Below, piece by piece: positions 51,901 to 64,000 of a stretch of 64,000 bases of DNA. The first letter of the stretch is position 1, and each line of letters opens with the position of its first letter. A model generated the notes under the pieces. It saw only the letters and a program-made list of their open reading frames with translations, searched no databases and was not told the DNA's origin. The position numbers were made by a program, and so were the translations under genes. The DNA comes from Tubiluchus corallicola (taxonomy: Eukaryota > Animalia > Priapulida), in the NCBI GenBank assembly GCA_030141605.1, contig JAQGDQ010000390.1, positions 62,001 through 126,000 of the forward strand, written 5' to 3'.

Positions 51901-54900
51901 GATTTTCACTAGCTCATCTTATAAAGTTTTGTCTGTTTACTAGTTGTGTAAAATTTTAGTGAAATGATTCTTGAGCCAAATAGATGCTTGGAAATTTGTT
52001 TGTGATAATTAAATTCCTGTTTCAGCAACGAAATGTTCTGTATTCGTTAGTTTGTCTGATTATTGTAATTGATGTAAACCTTCTTGTAGATAAAGGCTGC
52101 ATCCAAGATAGTTTGTGTGGGTGGTGGTGCAGTGGGAGTTGAGTTAGCTGGTGACATAAAGGAGGACTTCAGTGACAAGGAAGTAACGTTAATCCATCCG
52201 CGTCAGGAACTGTTGAATTATCCAATCGTGTCGAAGAAATTACATGACAAGGCAAAGACTCGTCTAGAAAGCTTGGGAGTCAAATTGCTATTAGGTAATG
52301 GCATCGTACATGAGACATTTCCATGTTATTTTTTGCTAATTTTTAGGAAGTGATATTTTTTGAAAATCGAAAGCGAGATTCTTAATCCAAAACCAGTTTT
52401 AGTGAATACTCTAGAGAAATATGTGTACTTATAATGCACCGTTTTGACGTAAACATAGTACAATAAGTCCTCGCTTAATTTGTTTCAATGACGCTTGACA
52501 TTTTGATACCTTTTTTCACTTTAACAATGCACGTTTCTTTTAACGATGATTTTTTTACTTTGCTTAAAGCCGATTTTTATTTTATCACCAACAATGTTGC
52601 CTAATTTGAAGCATTAAAGCAGTACATATTGCTTTATTCTGTTCTAAAAATGCACTAGTAATTAAAACAGTGCAATTATATGTGTATGTTTTTGCTTCCT
52701 GGCTGATTACTAAACGCCAGCCAATAGTATCAAGTGAGATCTATTTGCAGTTTATACACCTCCAATTTATAGCCACCTGGGTGCAAACTTTATGGGAAGG
52801 AATTTTGCCTGCAAGCTGCTGCTATAGCAACCAGACTAAGCATCTAGATAAAATTGCTCTAAGGCAGCCCCAGGTTTGGTATGACTATGCAGTGTTTATT
52901 GTTTATCAGCTACTTAGGCTTGATAAACAATTACGAAAGTTAAATACAATTAGAATTACAAAGGTTAACGAAAGAGAAACCGCTACCTAGGTATTGATAA
53001 GAAAGATAGGTGATTTCAAAGAAGCAGAAAAAATCAAGCAGGTAGAAAAATGAATAAAACTCATAAAATATTTAATTTATATAATTTAAGCAGCATTGAT
53101 TTTAGAACTTGGATGAACTGCCTTTAGAACGTATCTCTCTATGTTCGCATTATTTTAGGAAATTTTACATTATTTTCTATGGAAGTCTTGGTTTCGTTTA
53201 ACGATATTTCGCTTACCGTCACGTTTTGCCAGAATGCCTCCACTAACTTGTTTCAAATCCGCGATCCATCCTGATCCGCGAGGTTTCCGACCCGCATCCT
53301 GCTTGCATGGCTATTTTTAATTCAGATCAACATAATAATCTGTATTTTTAGTTATCCTTGGTTTAAATATACTAAAATATTTTAAATCAGTAGAAATTGC
53401 ACCCTGTTGTAGTGTGTCCACTGGGTGGTTTGATTTTCATTGATTAATTGCAACTGTAAGAGGGAATATTTGAATATTCTCTATCTGATATTATTGTATT
53501 ATTTTAATAGTAAATAAAAGATTTTACTACTCTTGCTGCTGCTACTATTACTAGTACAGTAGTACGTTCGTTTAATGATTAATGAAGCTAATTATTATTA
53601 TTTTCATTTCATTGTTATTCATGCTGGTAGCTTGTGATGAGTGTCATTCCAGATGTTATTTTCATCCCGCAATGTGCATATTATTATTTGTCGCGTATTA
53701 ACATTAATGAAAATTAAAATCCGCAGAGATCCGATCCGCCAAACTTTTGATCTGCATCTTGTCCGCAAAATTCCTGATGTTCAATAGTAGATCCACAGAA
53801 AATCCTGCAGATCTTGGTCCGATCCTGTCAGCAGGATCGTTGTCCGCTCATCACTGATTTACAGTCACTTTTTGTAAAACACGAAGATAGACAAAAATGA
53901 TTTTTGAATGGAGCCGTTGGCATTTAGCTTATCTATAGGCTGTAAGCTGCAGCCTAGGACCCCTCAAGCTTTGATAACATTTGGTGAAAATTCTGTTTTT
54001 CCACTATAGTTATGTTGAAATATGTGCTAATTTGGTTTGCAATAAATAGTAACATAGTGGTATTTCTTAAAGGATATTTTTATTGACATACAAAAGATAG
54101 TTATTCTAGTTTATTTAAAGCATTTGCAATAAGTTTATGTAAATTTCACTAAAATGTATCACTAGTAAAAAATATTTAACATGGATGTAGTTGAGTTAGA
54201 GAGTGGCTTTGCCTGAGGGTCCCTGTAGTTTCATTAGCCTAGGGGTTCTCTGAGATCATAATCCGGTCCATTGGTGTTTTTTATCGAGCTTTTTGCATAT
54301 AGGGGAGCGTGTGCTGAATATGAAGGAAGTCCAGGCTAATGGAGGAGTTGTGTGCACCGATAAGAACAGCCAGATTCCAGCTGAGCTAGTGTTGCCATGC
54401 ACCGGTCTGCGCGTGCACACGGTTGCTTATGATAACAGTCCATTAAGTATGTATTGTATATTTTTCATATTCATACAAATTGCTCCAAACAAGGCCATTG
54501 GCCACTCAAAGTAAGTGGCTATAGATAAAAAATATAAATACGGCCCCAGAACTAGTGTAGCATTCATTAGAGTGCAGATTTACAATTTTTCTGCAGGGCT
54601 GTATCGTGATGCCAGGTAATGGTTTTCCGTACAATCAATAAAAATTCTAATTCTTTCACAATTTTTAATCACTCATTGCTAAAATTTAGTGAGTTCTTCC
54701 TTGTGACTCACCCTCCACAAATCAATTGAGTATTTTTTTGCATAATCTTGTTCAAAGGCACAATCAAAAACATTAAAAACTTAACCACCTTGGATTAAAC
54801 AAAAATGGAATTGTTAGGATTTCTCTGGAATAAGTGTAAGTATCTTCTAATGTTCTTCTTGAAAAAGTAAAATTGTAGTTGAAAAACTGGGAAACTTGTT

Positions 54901-56092
54901 GTATAATTATTTGTACATAATTGTATAATAATGTGCAATATTGTATAATTATTACAGATGCAAAGACTAACAAGCAGGGACAGTTGAAAGTGAACGAATA
55001 TCTCCAAGTTGATGGGTATGAAGAGGTCTTCGCTGTCGGCGATTGCAACGATGTCCCAGAGACGAAACTGGGCATGTTGGCAACTCAGCAAGGAACCTGT
55101 GCTGCAACAAACATTCAGAATCTTGTTAACGACAAACCATTGAAGAAATATTCAGGTACTGAGAATGGTTGCTTTTACCGCAAAGATTAACTCGTAGTAA
55201 GTGGACAAGTCATTTGACAGAGGTAGCTAGAAAAGGAGTAAACTTGCAGTACTCTATACCAATTGATAAGCAAACATACCGTATTTTTTGGCATGTAAGA
55301 CTTACCTTTTTCCAGCATCATAAAAAACATCCTGCATCATATATGTTGAATGTAGAGGCCTAATGAAGGCCACAGCTTTTATTACTACACATGTAATATG
55401 CAAACATAGTATGGCCAAATATGGTAAGGTTAATAACCGTTTGCACCAAGCCAGATCTATTTGTGATTTATATGCATCCAGACACCTGGGTGTGAACTTT
55501 ATGGGAAGGAATTTTACCTGCACCCTATTCCTGTAGCAACCAGACTGGGTATGTACATGAAATTGTCCCAGAGCTTAGGTTTCAGTGTTGCTAACTGCCT
55601 AGTGTTTCAGCGTTAACGAAAGAGAAACTGCCTGCTAGGTATTGGTAAGAAAAGTCAGTGGTTTCAAACGTGCAGAAAGAAATTAATCAGTAGAAATTTG
55701 AATAAAACTCATAAACGTTTAATTTATGACTTTAAAGCAGCATTGATTTTGCCTCTGAAACGTATCTTAATTCCTTTACATTACTTTCTGTGGAGGTCTT
55801 GGCTTCATTTAGCTGCGTTTCGCTTAACGCCGCATTAACATCATTAAGCACGAACTTGCTGTACTGTTGAATTGAGATTGATGCTCAATCTCTTTTAGGT
55901 GTTGCTCCATTCTGCTTATCGATCGGTCGTTCAGGCGGAGTGTTGCGTATGCCATTTTTTGGCGGTGTTGTTTTACCTGGAAATTTCCCAGCCAAGATGT
56001 TAAAAGGAAAGGATGGTATGGTAGCCCAAACCTGGAAGATCATGGGGCAGAAATGTCCACCGGATAGCGAGTGGAAATCTGAAGCTAAATAA
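39981..56092 (+). CDS. AIFM2: AIFM2/FSP1-like FAD-dependent NAD(P)H oxidoreductase (ferroptosis suppressor protein 1 family), 9 coding exons, 413 aa
   Basis: GT-AG exons 39981-40059, 45270-45385, 45994-46063, 47099-47199, 50574-50708, 52090-52294, 54303-54446, 54958-55155, 55899-56092 (1242 nt, in frame). Motifs: VIIVGGGYAG, FHHNWAAMRS, YDYLVVATGTGGPFPGK, VGGGAVGVELAGDIK, LKVNEYLQVDGYEEVFAVGDC, TWKIMGQ. A possible extra in-frame first exon lies at 39587-39600 (ATGGCGGCATCCTC|gtaata). Confidence 0.9.
40999..41763. mobile_element. Degenerate MITE with gatc-rich subterminal repeats
   Basis: gtgatgggctgatc..gccgatc..cgatcg at left; gatc..gattcatcact at right. Confidence 0.45.
41860..41935 (-). 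mobile_element. tRNA-derived SINE head or tRNA pseudogene
   Basis: - strand acagctcgatggtaaagcacgagacctgatacccgaaggttcttggttcaaatcc has A and B boxes; no proper acceptor stem. Confidence 0.55.
42631..43686 (-). CDS. Nested gene with uninterrupted CDS: N-terminal signal/TM + EGF-like module + class I SAM-dependent methyltransferase, 351 aa
   Basis: Clean 1056-nt ORF in AT-rich intron. Hydrophobic GFSACMLICFGIFGM; EGF signature CFCNPGYTGEHC; SAM motif I LAEIGAGP; acidic end of strand 2 ITLVEP; FDSLVSINVIEHV; LKDNGTLIW. Confidence 0.8.
   Translation of the reverse strand: MRAQAIALLKPHGFSACMLICFGIFGMSKMYQWATYRPASSCSVDAQLHLDNKSLCTCPRGRWYFNYCFCNPGYTGEHCCEKISVRQKIQIQCPNLGETLTFDKFMAETSVSPVCFAHPATGIVQIPMMLWKKAQEKEFLLWKNSKGQHNDRADEHQEGFSNYKHVPLNLGNLAEIGAGPFTQILYMIQTKPTSSLRHITLVEPMADEYMKSVKECAYKNGRILNYSTTIVSSSGEAFSKPGTFDSLVSINVIEHVHDALEYLQNIYKSLKDNGTLIWHERWYQTPQEGDCVLGSFSLHPIRISLLVIEKFLAGFEPIFVNRKPTSKNLERGCNETGLYFIGRKKIIYEWY
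44040..44660 (+). mobile_element. Old LINE (CR1/L2-like) 3'-end remnant
   Basis: Peptide YLLPTYF...HSYNTR is typical of such ORF2 C-termini; segment ends aaataaatgaataaa. Confidence 0.4.
46474..46942. mobile_element. Harbinger-like MITE carrying an internal 43-bp tandem array (~7.5 copies)
   Basis: Left tggcgcattcagattagacagttttctctcgcaagttct vs right revcomp tggaacgttcattatagagagttttctcgcaagttct; unit agagtaaacttgcaagtgtgaacggtttggcaagttctctctg at 46518-46832. Confidence 0.75.
48032..50135 (+). mobile_element. RTE-clade non-LTR retrotransposon, 5'-truncated, in AIFM2 intron 47200-50573
   Basis: ORFs 48025-49005 and 49118-50110 carry the endonuclease tail (QHRLMVMDL) and RT motifs (GPDGIPVE, FIDLEKAYDRV, GLHQGSALSP, LYADD, FKYLGS, RLRWYGH). 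GAA-rich 3' tail. Exact 16-bp TSD gagtgatgtgtggatt at 48016-48031 and 50136-50151. Confidence 0.95.
52458..53245. mobile_element. Tigger-like non-autonomous element, copy 1
   Basis: Starts tacaataagtcctcgcttaa; 52738-53220 is colinear with 55454-55830 (shared cacctgggtg..actttatgggaaggaatttt, gttaacgaaagagaaac, gaataaaactcataaa). Confidence 0.6.
53255..53855. mobile_element. Degenerate MITE fragment with gatccg-rich subrepeats
   Basis: Clusters of atccgc/gatcc at both ends; terminates ccgctcatcact. Confidence 0.4.
55454..55864. mobile_element. Tigger-like non-autonomous element, copy 2
   Basis: Homologous to 52738-53220; ends ttaagcacgaacttgctgta about 35 nt before the last AIFM2 acceptor. 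Confidence 0.6.
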
Positions 56093-59000
56093 ATTTGGCA
56101 GTAAGATTAAAAACATTATAATGAACATGACGATTCCTTCATCATTAATCATGGTAATAAAATTAGATATTGTTTTTCTTTGTGATATTAGCATGTAATA
56201 CTTCTTATTAACTAAATGGAGACTAGTGTAATTAAGTTTTCTTGTGGCTGGTAGTGTCTATTGCATCTTATCTTGTATAGTACAATACAAGAAATCCATC
56301 ACAAACCCTATTGATATTTGAGCCGTATTAGCTGTGTTCAGTGCATTAGATTGTGCATTAGTTGTATATTCTAATTTTGTTTCTCAAATAGATTATCCTA
56401 TACTGTCTAGTCAATATTAGTTAAATAGAGTTTCTACAGTCTGTATGTAGGTTCTTGGATGGCATGACTTACAGCAGTTAAGGTTTTTAGTGTATCGTTA
56501 TTCCGGCATTTGCATAGGTTGGTATTACAATGTATTTTTCCCATGAGTATTTTGCTGTTTCGTTGTTATGTAATGCTTCGTTTTGACTACCCAGCAATCT
56601 TAGTGATATCCTTAAATATCCTAATATTTTTAACTAATTTGAAAGTTGTCCCACTTTTTATGTATAGACTCTATGTTAATTGAGTTCTCCACTATTATTA
56701 CAGGGATGTATTTTAGGGTACAACCACAAATTCTCTTATGGCCTCTATCCCCCACTTTGTTGCCATTTTACAACAAATGATTGACCATTTAAAATTTTTT
56801 CGTTCATTTTGTTAAATATTATATAATAATTGATTTACTTTTTTGTACACTGATGTTTGTGGCTGGACCAGTACCCAACTTATTATCAACTATAAGCCTC
56901 AAACTTGTGCCACTGAACTGACTGAGGTGTTTAGCTGCATTCAAATATACCTACATCCTCCTGCAAGGTAAAGAACCAGAATCAGCATGGCAAACAAAAC
57001 TGCTACAACCAAACATCAAACCTAGGCATATCCAGTCGGCATTGAAGCTAATATTTTGGAATGTTGTTTCTTTCATTTCTGGCATTTTCCAAGTTGGTGT
57101 CAGGTCTCAGCTACTTTTGGTCAAAGTCTGTTTCAGGCGATTTTTGCATCTTATTAACTTTACATATTTTCTGTCTGATTTGCAGATGTCTCTGTCATAG
57201 CATATTGTATTTGTAAAATGTAGGATTCCTGTTTAGTGGAACCCACATATTTTACTTGCAAACTGGAGTCAGTCCATTTATTAAGTGATCGTAAAAGTAG
57301 TTGAACTTGAAATCAAGTTATTCCTAAATTAAATATAATGTCTGTGTATAATGGAGTTGTAGTCTTTCCTTCCTGTGACTTTAAACTACTACCTCAAGCC
57401 CATAAAAATCTCGAGGAATGACTAATGAATACCAATTAAAGTGTCTAAATGTCTTACAGAAAATCCTACATTCGGTGACCATATCAGCATCTTTTACCCG
57501 ATTTATCAGGTGCAGAACTCTTATACTAAACTCTGTTGATGTCACTCCTATTTTGTGCGCAAGAAGCACTGGCTTGTGACTTCTTCTTCGTGATAATAAC
57601 TTCATCAAATTGAAGGCTCTAACACATGGCTCTGTGCTGTCAGCTTGTGAATGTCGTGCTAGCGTGAAACTTCACCCAGTACAAATCAAACATTTTACAG
57701 TGCTACATAATAAAAGGGGTAGAAATATCTCCAAGCTCCTCAAGGTAGGGGTGCCACACGCTACACTGCATGTGATATGCGGTAAGGTAGTTTAGTCCAG
57801 TTTAGATTGAATGTTTTGTCACTCCTGAACAGGTTGAAAGTGCTGAACTGAACTGTGACATTGTTTTGTTGAGACCTGTCTGAATACAGTCAAACAGATT
57901 AACAAATGTTTCTTAACAGGTCGTGTTCAAAACCTGTGTTGTCTTCAAAAATTTACCCCCTCGGGTTCAGCTAACCATTCTGCGTGAGCCGAAGACGTCC
58001 CATTTCTGTGGCCAGTAATTTTCTAATGTCTCAGATACAGTAAATGAAATTTAGCTCTTGCACGCGTACTAAATGAGAAGTCAATTGACGTTTGCATAGC
58101 ATTTAGTGCTTTTATCGTTGCCGTTAGTCAAATCCTGGAATTTTATGGGCATTTCGTGTTGTGCAAGTATAGGTGGATATTAATGTGACACCAGTTATTA
58201 TATGTGTTTGTTGCAAACTGTAAACCGGAATAATCGTTTTACAGGAAAAGACAAGTCACTTAGCACGTTGGGTTTATTTTACTGTTATCACTTAAACTTA
58301 GAAAAATGAAACAAACAAATTTATAAAAAAAACTGGGTTAAAGCTTGCAATTCCCCATAAAGAAGAAATTAGTCGAGAAGCAGATTAGGATTAGGATTAG
58401 TATTACGGTTGGGTTAGGATTAGGGGCGAGTTAGGGTGGGGAATTTGTGTGGGGAATTGTAAACTCCTTCCAAAAACTGTTATAAAGCATAAAGTTGATT
58501 TTTACTACAGCTGTACTTATCATGTAATTGATGGACATTTTTTGTGAGTGCATCATGGCTGTCCCTAAGTACGTGCTGCTTAACCTAATTCAAACTTCTG
58601 CAGCATACCACATGTGCATGCAAAAATATCACAAAATTAGCTACCTAATTTTTTTTTGTGAAAATTTATTATACTTTTGAAGCAAATTGACAGCGTGCTG
58701 CTGTCGTCCAGCTGATAAATGACATCATTGGTGGAAGAATTGATGTTCAAAATTGGCTTTCAAGTGCTTTTTGCACTTTTATTTCTAAATCCTTCTTACA
58801 TTTTCATGAATTTTGAAATAAGTCTAACTTCCCAGAAAATGTGGCCTTTCCTTTAAGCTCATGATTTCGCATCCTTCAGCAAGCTTTACAAGTATAGGCA
58901 AGAGTTAATGCGCATTTTAGTTAAGGGGACGTTATCAGTTCCCATCGTCAGAGCAAGCCAAACCTATTAACATAGACCTTGTTAACTTTAGAAAGTCTGA

Positions 59001-61321
59001 AACCTCTGTGAGTAGCTGTAATTTGTATCTTTTTTGTCCACTTGTACTATTTGTCGATTTTCGTTACTCAGGGGCATGTAGTTCAATATTTCTGTTCGCT
59101 TTCTAGAAATTTTCCTCTTTTTTGCCCTTAGTATAGTTATCATGTTTTCAAAAATGCTTGATTGTTTAGAAGCATTTATTTCATTAGTCTGTATGTGTAT
59201 TGTGAAATAAGAATTAACCTTTTAGAAAATCACAACACATTTTTTCTATAGCCGATGAGCTAAAAGTATTACATGTATGGTCATATATCTTTTCATACTC
59301 ACATCTCAGTTTTTTTCCCATGATAGGTGTTTCCAACTTTCCATTGATCTCTTTTGGCAAATGTCAACGCTGTTTTTTGCCCCAGTATAACGTAGATATT
59401 AACCACATACCATTCGTCTTTGCCTCAGAAACGCACCACAAAATGTTGACATATTATCCGTGCCATCTTGTTTATAAATTTTCATGACTGTGCCTTTGTC
59501 TTCTAAATTTATTGTAACCCACTCACCATTTTGTATTGTACTCCCTATGCCACACTTTCTAGTTAGCTTCTGTTCTGATGATGATGTGAACAAAATTGAG
59601 TACGGTCATTGAAAGGTAATTTACATCAAGTGTTTGTACAGGTGATTGGTTTGTAAATACTTGTACCAGAATTTCCGGTGAATTTTTTACTATAAGATCT
59701 GTTTGAAGATTATAGTATACCTATGATGTAAAAGTTTGGAACTATATGCTTGTAAACGCACGAGTACATGACTCATGGCAGTTTCTGTTATTAATCTACA
59801 ATAGGTTCTGTTTTGCTTATTCCTTGGCTTGAAGATGTGTACATAAAACCTTTTAGTAATCGCAGTTATGCTAAAAATATTCACAGCGTTAGCTCTCAAT
59901 TACGATGACGATAGTAAAGTAAAAAGGGATGTGTGTTTTGTAGCAAAACTGTTTGTTGCATTTTCCAGATTTGCAATCTGTGAAGGGCTTGATGTTAAGT
60001 GTTTTAGTATTATTGTCCTTCAGCACATATTAATAATTCTCATTCAAAATCTGCTAGGCCTCGCAATTACAATGGAAATTACCCACTGTCTTTATAGATT
60101 CATGCAATTATATACCATATACAGTAACAAAATTAGCGTATCTGCATTCAGCAAAGTAAAAATGAGAGATTAGAGATTACATAAAATTTATTCATAAATT
60201 ACCTCAAAAAATTTACCTAATATCACAAAAGAGACGTTGGCAAACATAGCATACTTTTAATTGGTGTGGATAACCAAATTAAATTATATTTACACTGATA
60301 TTAATAGAGCATCTGTGACACAATTTTACTATTTACATAAGGTTTACCCTCACAAGAACGAAAATGTGTATGAAAGCTAATATAATCTTGTTATTAATGT
60401 TAAGCTGAAAAAGCACACAATGTATGCTTAGGTACATTCTAAAAATTTGCTTGAATTTGCAGTAATTGCATGCAGTAAAGTCAAAAGTCAGCATGGTAAT
60501 TATGAAGAAATTATACAGGAACGGAAGTTAGATATTTTTTTGTATAGCTTTACCATCAATGACCAACTATGACAAAAGCTAGAATTAGCTTTAGTGAAGA
60601 AGTCCCAAAATCTTTACACTAAATTGGCATGTGCGCAAACTGTACACCGAAAAACAACAGTTAATTCCATACTCAAATATACATTTAAAGTAGAGGCGAC
60701 TATACTATTGTTTTACTGTAGTTATATGATGAAGTAACATTACTGAATCAAGATTGATTTTAGCACTATTACAGGCCCTCAAGTGCATGTCTTTGGTTTT
60801 TTAAAAACAAAGATATCCTGGCTATTGCATTTCAAAATAAAAAATCATTATTGTCAAATCATAGTCGCTTAAAATAAGCACAAGGTATGACGTTACTGTA
60901 TTAAAATGATGGCTTCACAGATATAATATCGTTAAAACACAATTAGAAGGTTTTTAACTCTTTCCGACTGACCTGCAGCCGGGGAAATTCTATCCACTTT
61001 TTACAAAGACGTACATCACGTACACCGGGAGATATAACATAGTTTACACTATTAAATATACGTATAGCTTAGTATAGAATTTAAAATACTTACAAATTTA
61101 AAGTTAATTCCCTTGCTGTTCTTGCTATGGAATAATAAGTAGAAAACATTGTAAGCATGTAGAAGTCCCATTAACAGTATGGAAAATCTTACAGTTGATC
61201 ACTCTTTTATCGTTGGTATGGTGTAGCACGCTGTAGTAATTATTTGAACCAACATAATATGATAGTTTTGTGACATATAAGAATAATAGTAATTTACTGC
61301 TAAGCAAGGTGAATGAGAATG

Positions 61322-62363
61322 AACGTAGAAAAGTTTGGTACAGATAAATTTGATACCAGGAAAGTATGGTACACTCAAAATGTGGTACCAAATACCAAAG
61401 TGTGGTACTGACATGGAACGTTTAGTACATGGAAATTTTGGTACAGGTAAATTTTGTACTGTGATCTTCAGGTTCAAGGAATTTTTTGGTTTAGGAAAAT
61501 CTATTAGAGAGAAAGTTTGATGATGGGAAATATGATGCCAGGGATGTTTAGTACTAAAAGATTGTGCTATTAGAAAGTTTTGGTACTAAGAAAATATGGT
61601 ATCAGGAAAATTTCACACTAGGAAAGTTTGGTACTGGAAAATTTAGTAAACATAAAGCAGGGCATTTGTATATCTTATTACAACAGCAACAGACAGTAAA
61701 TGTAACAATGATGACAGGAACGATGACGACTTTAATCATAGAAATATCAAGCAAGAAACAAATGTTGACGACGAAAACAGCAACAACAACAATGGCAGCA
61801 AAAACCATAATGATGAGATCGACAATGACAACAGCAAAAGAAAACAAAAATAATGGTAATGGCAACAGCAAGTAACAATGATCACAGTAATGATGATTAT
61901 GATGATCACAACAAAGGAGCAAAGCAAGAAACAGTCAGGCAACAACAACAACGACACTGAATGAAATAACAAACAAAAAACCAAGTGAAAAAATGAAGAA
62001 AAATACAACACTATGAAGCTCTATAACTTTTTTTAATTGGCTACAGAAAAGATATTTTCATAGTACCAAACTCCACGTGGAAAACTCTTTCTGTATCAAA
62101 TTTTCTTAGTGCCAAACTTTTTCAGTACTAAACTATCCTAGCACCAAATCCGTTCCGCACCATCTTTACTCTGTATCAGGTTTACTTGTACCAAAAATGT
62201 TTGACAAAAAGTTGCCAGTACCACATTTTCCCTGTACGCATTTTTTAGTGCTAAAATTTCCCTATACCAAAAATTCCTAATAGCAAATTTTCCCAGTACC
62301 AAAGTTTCCTCGTACCAAAATTACCGCGACCAAGTTTACCTGTACCAAATTTACTGCACACCG
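61322..62363. mobile_element. Foldback-type element: inverted arrays of ~15-bp subrepeats around an AAC/ATG-rich core
   Basis: Left arm (61322-61650) repeats ggaaaatttggtac-like units; right arm (62060-62363) repeats gtaccaaattttcc-like units. Confidence 0.7.
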
Positions 62364-63326
62364 CATAATATTGTTATGTATTTACGACCAACAGACAGAG
62401 TTTAGTAAACATGTGCCAGATACGACTTTATACAGGCTTGAGCGCCGATAACAAGGTTACGTAGATAAGAGTAATAAGTTTTCACTTAACTATGCAATGC
62501 TTTATTTGTTTACTACGCCGATCGTGTAAACACACCTGTAAGGCACGCTAAATGCATTCATTCGTATTCCATCACATTTAAATAATCACATTTAACCGTA
62601 ATTTTCAAACATTAGTCAACATTACCTATAAATAACCGTTTAACATTCTAGAGATTGGTCATGCCATCGTTTCGTCTGCGCAGGCTAAGTAATTCATATA
62701 ATATATTACATCATTTAAGAACTTGCCCTGAGCCATGTGCTTTGGTTTATCATTGTGCAAAAAATTCCATTGACTTGAAAATATATCATATAATGTCTTT
62801 ATACAACAAGGAAACCTAAAAATGCATTTACAACAATACAATGGCACAAGTACATGTCAAACTCCCACATGCAGTGCTAGCGCTTATATTAGACTAGTAT
62901 CACAGCAGACAAGACTAACATGTTTTTGCGAAAAAATATTTTCTGAGGGTGATCGATTAGTTGACGGCCGTCACGAAGTCATTTTTTCACCATAGAATCA
63001 TAGTGTCATACAAAAGTTAGTTCTTCACAAACTTCTTGATTGATCTGTCTGATTAAAAGTCCATTTCATTCATAATGTCAGGAAGTACTATGTGTCTCCA
63101 CTAAATTGGAGAGTTTTGTTTCTTAGTGTTCTTAACAATGCTTTATTAGCCTTTAGGCAAAAACAAGAAGTCAGTTCATGATTACATCTTCTTGGATTCT
63201 TCGTGTAAATCTGGATCTCATAACAGCGAATCAGCTGCTAGTTTTTTTCTAGCACAAAAAAGTCACATGTGACACATCACAGTCTGGCACACATGAACTG
63301 CATTTTAGCTACACAAGGATCTCAGA

Positions 63327-63634
63327 TCAAAATTTTGTCTGTTCTACATTTTGATCCACCTCACTCTGCTGGTAGCCATAGTTCTCGTAACATTCACTCG
63401 ATGATTCACTGTCGGGCAGGTCTTCGAAGAGCGGTCCCTTTTGTATGCAGTAAGCTGTGCTGTAAAAAACTGCAGATAATAGCAAGGTGATAATCGACAA
63501 TCCATGAATCACAAAACGAAACTTTTCCTTGTCATAGATCCAGCACGCTCCAGTTTTTCCACATTCATCTTCTTGCCACAGAATGCAGGTGCTGTCAACG
63601 AGGGCACCGGAGATTAGTGGACCAGGAATATATG
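63327..63634 (-). CDS. Terminal coding exon of an SLCO/OATP organic anion transporter (rest of gene beyond window end)
   Basis: Acceptor ttttgcactttcag on - strand ending at 63635; peptide AYIPGPLISGALVDSTCILWQEDECGKTGACWIYD plus a final TM helix is the conserved OATP C-terminal signature. Subfamily not assignable. Confidence 0.9.
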
Positions 63635-63734
63635 CTGAAAGTGCAAAACTGCTTAAAAATTTCAGTCTTAGAGCTTGTTTAACTCGAATTGATTTTAATT
63701 CTAATTTTAACACTGCATTGTGTGAAATCTAGTA

Positions 63735-64000
63735 TTTGGGCAAAAGGCCTTCTGAAAGAAATCTAAAAATTGGACGAAAAGGTCTTCTGAAAGAAATCTA
63801 AAAATTGGACAAAAGACCTTCTGAGAGAAATCTAAAAATTGGACAAAAGGCCTTCTGAAAGAAATCTAAAAATTGGACAAATGGCCTTCTGAAAGAAATC
63901 TAAAAATTGGACAAAAAGGTCTTCTGAAAGAAATCTAAAAATTGGACAAAAAGGTCTTCTGAAAGAAATCTAAAAATTGGACAAAAAGGTCTTCTGAAAG
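63735..64000. repeat. 34-36-bp minisatellite, at least 7 copies, running off the window
   Basis: Unit cttctgaaagaaatctaaaaattggacaaaaaggt; about 100 nt into the SLCO last intron from its acceptor. Confidence 0.95.

Noticed and set aside
58340-58475. ttaggattagg telomere-like run
   Set aside because: Short and degenerate, enclosed by caattcccca/tggggaattg inverted ends and shared with 8320-8430; better explained as a small dispersed repeat.
61564-62011. Thr/Met-rich and hydrophobic ORFs
   Set aside because: Low-complexity trinucleotide core of the foldback element.

Overview
AT-rich, intron-rich eukaryotic DNA from an invertebrate animal (taxon not determinable from sequence alone), not a prokaryote. 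Genes reconstructed by hand from splice sites: (1) a complete 21-exon CCDC39 on the - strand (29736->1780, 934 aa); (2) a single-ORF codanin-1 (CDAN1, 1240 aa, -); (3) a 9-exon AIFM2/FSP1-like flavoprotein (+, 39981-56092, 413 aa); (4) an antisense gene with an uninterrupted CDS nested in the AIFM2 intron 40060-45269, encoding TM/signal + EGF-like + class I SAM-methyltransferase; (5) the last exon of an SLCO/OATP transporter (-). Introns and intergenic DNA hold a young 5'-truncated RTE LINE with a 16-bp TSD, a decayed Ty3/Gypsy-like pol, a Tc1/mariner relic, several MITEs, tRNA- and 5S-like SINE fragments, and six distinct minisatellites. Most interesting: the nested EGF-methyltransferase; a ~24-copy tandem array built from a CCDC39 exon end plus its splice donor; two candidate in-frame microexons; an FSP1 homolog lacking the myristoylation glycine. 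No CRISPR array. All coordinates were read by eye; homology calls are from remembered family motifs, not database searches.
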